A stretch of 64,000 nt of DNA from Lepidodermella squamata (Eukaryota; Animalia; Gastrotricha): assembly GCA_047495785.1 (NCBI GenBank), contig JBLDXI010000019.1, positions 496,001 to 560,000 on the forward strand, given 5' to 3'. Position numbers and translations under genes: made by a program. The notes beneath the pieces were generated by a model. That model did no database searches and was not told the origin of the DNA. It saw only the letters and a program-made list of their open reading frames with translations. Positions 59,520 through 64,000 of the stretch are shown one piece after another. Every line of letters begins with the position of its first letter. Within the stretch, counting starts at the first letter, position 1.

Positions 59520-62500
59520 ATGTTTTACGTAATCTTGCTGATCACGTCTAGCCTTGCTGTTACCAATAGCCGTGAGACTAATTTCCCCTAGTTTAACCTT
59601 CGAAAAGCGGCTGTATTTCAGGACTATTAGGCTATTGGCCGCTAACTAGCTTAACCGGTTTAGATGATATGAGTGGCGAGGGAAATCACGGCGAATTATG
59701 CACTTCGAGCTTGGCATCAGTTGATGCAGAAATGACCGGCCCGTATGGCGAAAAATCTTCGTCATTTCAAGTGGGCCAAACAAATTACAGCTGCATTACA
59801 TTTCCATCGCTGGACTTGTCGAACTTGAATGAATCGTGGAGTGTCTTCGGATTTGTTAACTTGAAGTCAGGGCAAGGGCCGTTCTTTCAATTTCAACCCG
59901 GCGGTCAGTTGCCGCCTGGTCCGAATTCTTATTATAGTGATTTAGAGGGCGGCACTCTCATTATAAACCCAATGTTCGAAGGTCAAAGTGATGTTTCTGG
60001 TAAGGGGCAATGTGGGCCTATCAATCAGTGGCGATTAATCCAAGTTAGCTATGATAATGCGATGTCGAATCTTATTAGCTACTGTAACGGTCTACAAGCT
60101 GCTCAGATTGACACACTTGGACGGCGAATAGGGATGAGTTCTTACGGCATGACGATAGGAGCAAGGTAATCAGGTTGATTCATTCGAACGTGGGTAAAAC
60201 TTTGATTTTCCGAAAGATGGGGCTACGACAGCTTTGTTGGAAATGTTGCTTGTTACGCCGTTTTCAATGAAAATGTTACTCCGGATTCGGCGAGCACTTT
60301 TAAATCGATTTGCAAGCACAGTGAGTTCACATATTATTGGCTTGAATCATGGCTGATACTTTATATGTTTCCGAATCCAGGCCCAAAGAATGGAATCTAT
60401 TCCGCAATACCTCTATCGCCCAGAGCTACCCAGCCAACTTATAATAGCGATATGTCCCTTTCTATCGGTTTATTAGGTTTGGAATTTTATCCACCTGCCA
60501 CATTTTGCTACAATTTTAATTACAGTTGCCGCTAATAAAACTTCATGGACGACGAGTGGATCTGCCGGAGTTGAGCGCGGGTCGATAATTGCTCGGCTCG
60601 TCAAGGATGAAATCAGCTATCAGAACGGTGGAATATGGTGCTCTGCGGTAAATTTGGATATTCAGTTAATTGCATAACGATGTCAACATTTCGTGGCTTA
60701 GAACATCACATCACCCAACTTACGAATTGAAGTTCAGCTTAAAATTGGCATTTCAACAGGGAAAGGTAGCTATTTCGCGATTATGCTCGTCGACCGATAT
60801 AGAACAGCTAAAAGTGAGACATTGCTTGAAATAATTTCCGGTTTTATAATTTTCTTCCATAAGGCGCTACAAATCTTGGAGTAAAACGGGATTCTTTCGT
60901 TGGTCTAGCCTTCGTGTTTTCTCCTGAGAAAAAATCTGCTTTTATCCTATATGCCCGAGTCGCGTACGATAGCCTCGATGATGGAGCTTTCTTCCGAAAT
61001 CAGCCGATCAAATTAGCAGAGAATCCATTGAATGACCTGAAAAATGGCAGTCACTTGATAGTCCTTGAAATTCTAGATAATGAATTGACAGTCTGGCTAG
61101 AAATCGAGGGATCGGCGCCGCAGAAAGTCTTCGACAAAATCAATCTAAATGGCTTTGATTCGATGATTTATGACCTACAACTAGCCATCACAGCTACAGC
61201 TACAACTGGATCCTACGGAAGTGTTGAAGTTATGACTATCAACTCGTTTAATCTCACGTCGATTACAGGTAATAAAGACTGATTTCCGCTCTGCTTCAAA
61301 AATCAATAATGTTTGATTGCAGGTAAAGTTTGGCAGCCCATAAATGGCATGACCTTCGCTGGAGGTGATGGAAGTGAGTTCAGAAAATCTAAAATTCAAA
61401 TTTCTCATAATATCGCATGATTGAATTATTTCCAGCCTTTTACAATACTGCTGCTAAAAGGGCTTCTGACGCTGTTCCGCTCAATCCATCAACTGTGTTT
61501 TCCGAGTCGAAAGGCTACAATTTGCTTCCGTCTAATGCCACCCAGCGCCACGTAGCTTTCTTCACGAAAGACGTAAAAGATAAAACCATCAATTAGCTAA
61601 TTATTTGGTTTCTTTTTCAAGACCTTGCCTCAAGATGGATCGCACATTCGAATTATTTTTACGTTGAACGTAAAACGGGTTGAAATGGGAAACGGTTTCA
61701 CGTTGTTTCTGATGCCAGCTAACACAATTTCATCTGGATTTAATTGTAGGCTATAAATGATCAATTTCTAATAAATTGCCACCTAATTTCTTCTATTCTT
61801 CTATTCAAAGCGACTTTTAGTTTTCTACCCGACCCATTCCGTGGTTTAGCTCTAGTTGCTGGAGGACCTGTTAAGAATCACATGATTCGTCTGATTCACG
61901 GTGACTTAGGTGGATATTGGGCGCCCGATACAGTGCTAGCCCTCGTAAACTTGGAATCTAATGTAGCCGAGCAGCTTTCCTACAACAACACCGCTTTTGA
62001 ATTCATCATTACTGGCGATTACATCTCAGTAAAAAACGAAATTCATAAATGTTTCGTAATTTTTGTAAATCCTTCAGGTGAATGGATACTCGCCTGGTAG
62101 TAGCGCGACTGTTTTAGCGAAAAATGTCCTCGTTCCGAAATTATGGTCGATCCAGCCATTTGTTGTCGGCGTGGGGGCGCATAGCCTTAACACGCCCCAT
62201 GAAGTTAACATCATCTCCATCCGGGTTTTTCAATCACCACCTTCGATAATCGACGTCAATTCCCTGCCACTTGGAATGTCGCAGGTGCCTGAATTCAATT
62301 TCAATGGCTCTAATTTTGGTTTGAATTTAAAATAATCAGTAAATTTTGATTGATCAATTTTACCAACAGAAAACTGGATCGTTCAGTATCGATACAAGAC
62401 TAATAAAACAGCTATAAATCCAAATTTTGTTAAACGAACTACTGGCTATATTTTGCTGCCAAAAGAAAGCGATAGGCAAGTGAGAATGTACAGCAAATTC

Positions 62501-64000
62501 GTAAGAATTAATTCGATTTTTCGCAACATTTTCAATAAATTTTTCTCATCCAATCAGAATCTTACCGCCGGGGGTAGTGAATTGGTCACGCTACGCGTTG
62601 CTGCTAACGTTGAAGCATCTGTGGTTTGTGATAGTTTTGTCGTTTTTCTCTGCCCAGATGAAGATTTCATCAACGGATCTCGTATGATTTCGAATCAAGA
62701 TTTCGTTGCCAAATTTTCTGCTTTTCTTTTAATTCAGCGAACGAATATTATCTCCCACATTCATTTCGCGGTATCGCCGTCGCGGTCAATACGGCCAACT
62801 CTTCGTCGAGGGGAGCGGCTTTCTATCATCAGTACAGATCTTACGTAGGCTCAATCACCACGGGGATCAAGCGAGGTAACATATTGAACGACCGCGTTCA
62901 AGGATATGCTGTTTACGAGATAACTATCACGCCATCAAATGCTTCGGTAACTTAATGAAAGGCTCACGCATCAGGATTCAATTTTAACGCTTTTAAGGCT
63001 TCGATTTTGTTTTCCGATGGCAACAAAATCTACTTCGAGCCAACACCGGCCAACTTCCGAGGCATGTATACAGCCGGGCCGTGGGTTGTTGGAGCTTCAG
63101 CTGGCAACAGTCCAGCCAACAAATGCCAGATTCGGATCTACTCTATTGAAGTCCACCGCTCTCCGCCGGTAGCAAACCCAACAATATCTACTGAAAACGG
63201 TAAATTATGTAAATTACCCCAATAATTGGCTTATATTTTGCGTCAATTCAGCTTTTCTGGGAACTCGCATGCCCGCCTTCACTTATGACGGCTTCAACTT
63301 GGGTATATCCAAAATCGCTCATTTTTTATTTTTAACAAGTGTGGTGATAGATGATTGGTCGGCAAGAGGAAAGGACCCAGATGGAAGAGACAACCAATTC
63401 ACGCAAATGATTCAAACGCAGACGAAAGGCCTTACTCTTGTTACAAAAACCACCGACAGGCAAGCTGCGATCTTCTCTAGAAAGGTAATTTTTCGAAGAA
63501 GTTCAAGAATTTCATTGATTTTTTTTAAATTACTAGCCGCTACCAATGAATCAAACATTCAGTTACAACTTCGTCGTCAATTTGACTCTGACGCAATATT
63601 TCAACCTTGGATCTTTCGATTTTTTCCTCGCGCCGAGTGAATGTCTTAACAAACAAAGCTGGAATTGTTCGTCTTTTCATTATTTCGAAGCAATCGAAAT
63701 GTTTTTACCCCATAAACGCAGACTTGGCGTCCGAGTTTTACGCCCAAGCTCCAATGAAAGGATTCCATTTCATAGTTAACTTGAACAATGACGGGCTTCT
63801 TAAAACTGTCTATAGCTTGGAACCAACACTTGGCAACAATCTGACAATGGAAAACTCATTCGCGCCAGATTTGAACGTCAGCCCGTCGAAATTCACTGGG
63901 GATACATCGTACCGAATCCTGGTTCAGGGTGACTACATTTCAGTAGGGAAGAACTTTGTAAGATTATTTTATTGTAATAATCCTATTCCTAAGATTTACG
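59520..64000 (+). CDS. Array paralogue G (most divergent; truncated by window edge)
   Basis: Signal exon MFYVILLITSSLAVTNS. 'LLGYWPLT...DMSGEGNHGELC', 'NGGIWCSA', 'FFRNQPIKL' and 'AGPWVVGASA' match the family. It has reached the fourth lectin-like repeat at the edge. Confidence 0.7.

Noticed and set aside
10800-63779. Treating each ORF-track entry in the array as a separate gene or frameshifted pseudogene
   Set aside because: Breaks coincide with short introns at conserved positions across paralogues; they are exons of seven genes.

Overview
Eukaryotic (invertebrate animal-like) genomic DNA with many very short introns (~45-60 nt). No rRNA, tRNA or CRISPR features were seen. From left to right: (1) the 5' part of a minus-strand class C GPCR/GABA-B-like receptor gene. 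(2) An intronless HOOKLESS1-like GNAT acetyltransferase. (3) A single-pass sushi/CCP membrane protein. (4) A head-to-tail array of seven paralogues (A-G, ~10.7 kb to the window end) encoding secreted proteins of architecture signal peptide - LamG-like domain - 3 or 4 L-type-lectin-like domains - Ser/Thr mucin stalk - SEA domain - probable GPI signal. Paralogue C is interrupted by a young, intact ~8.96 kb env-bearing Ty3/gypsy LTR retroelement on the minus strand. It has identical LTRs, a tRNA-Leu PBS, a PPT, gag, a UUUAAAC/pseudoknot -1 frameshift, pol and a class I fusion-like env. The element is flanked by a ~588 bp perfect host duplication instead of a 4-6 bp TSD, and one LTR end lacks its terminal base. 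This arrangement could let the host gene splice the whole element out. Several MITE-like elements and SEA-exon remnants lie between the genes. All domain calls are by motif recognition, not by database search.
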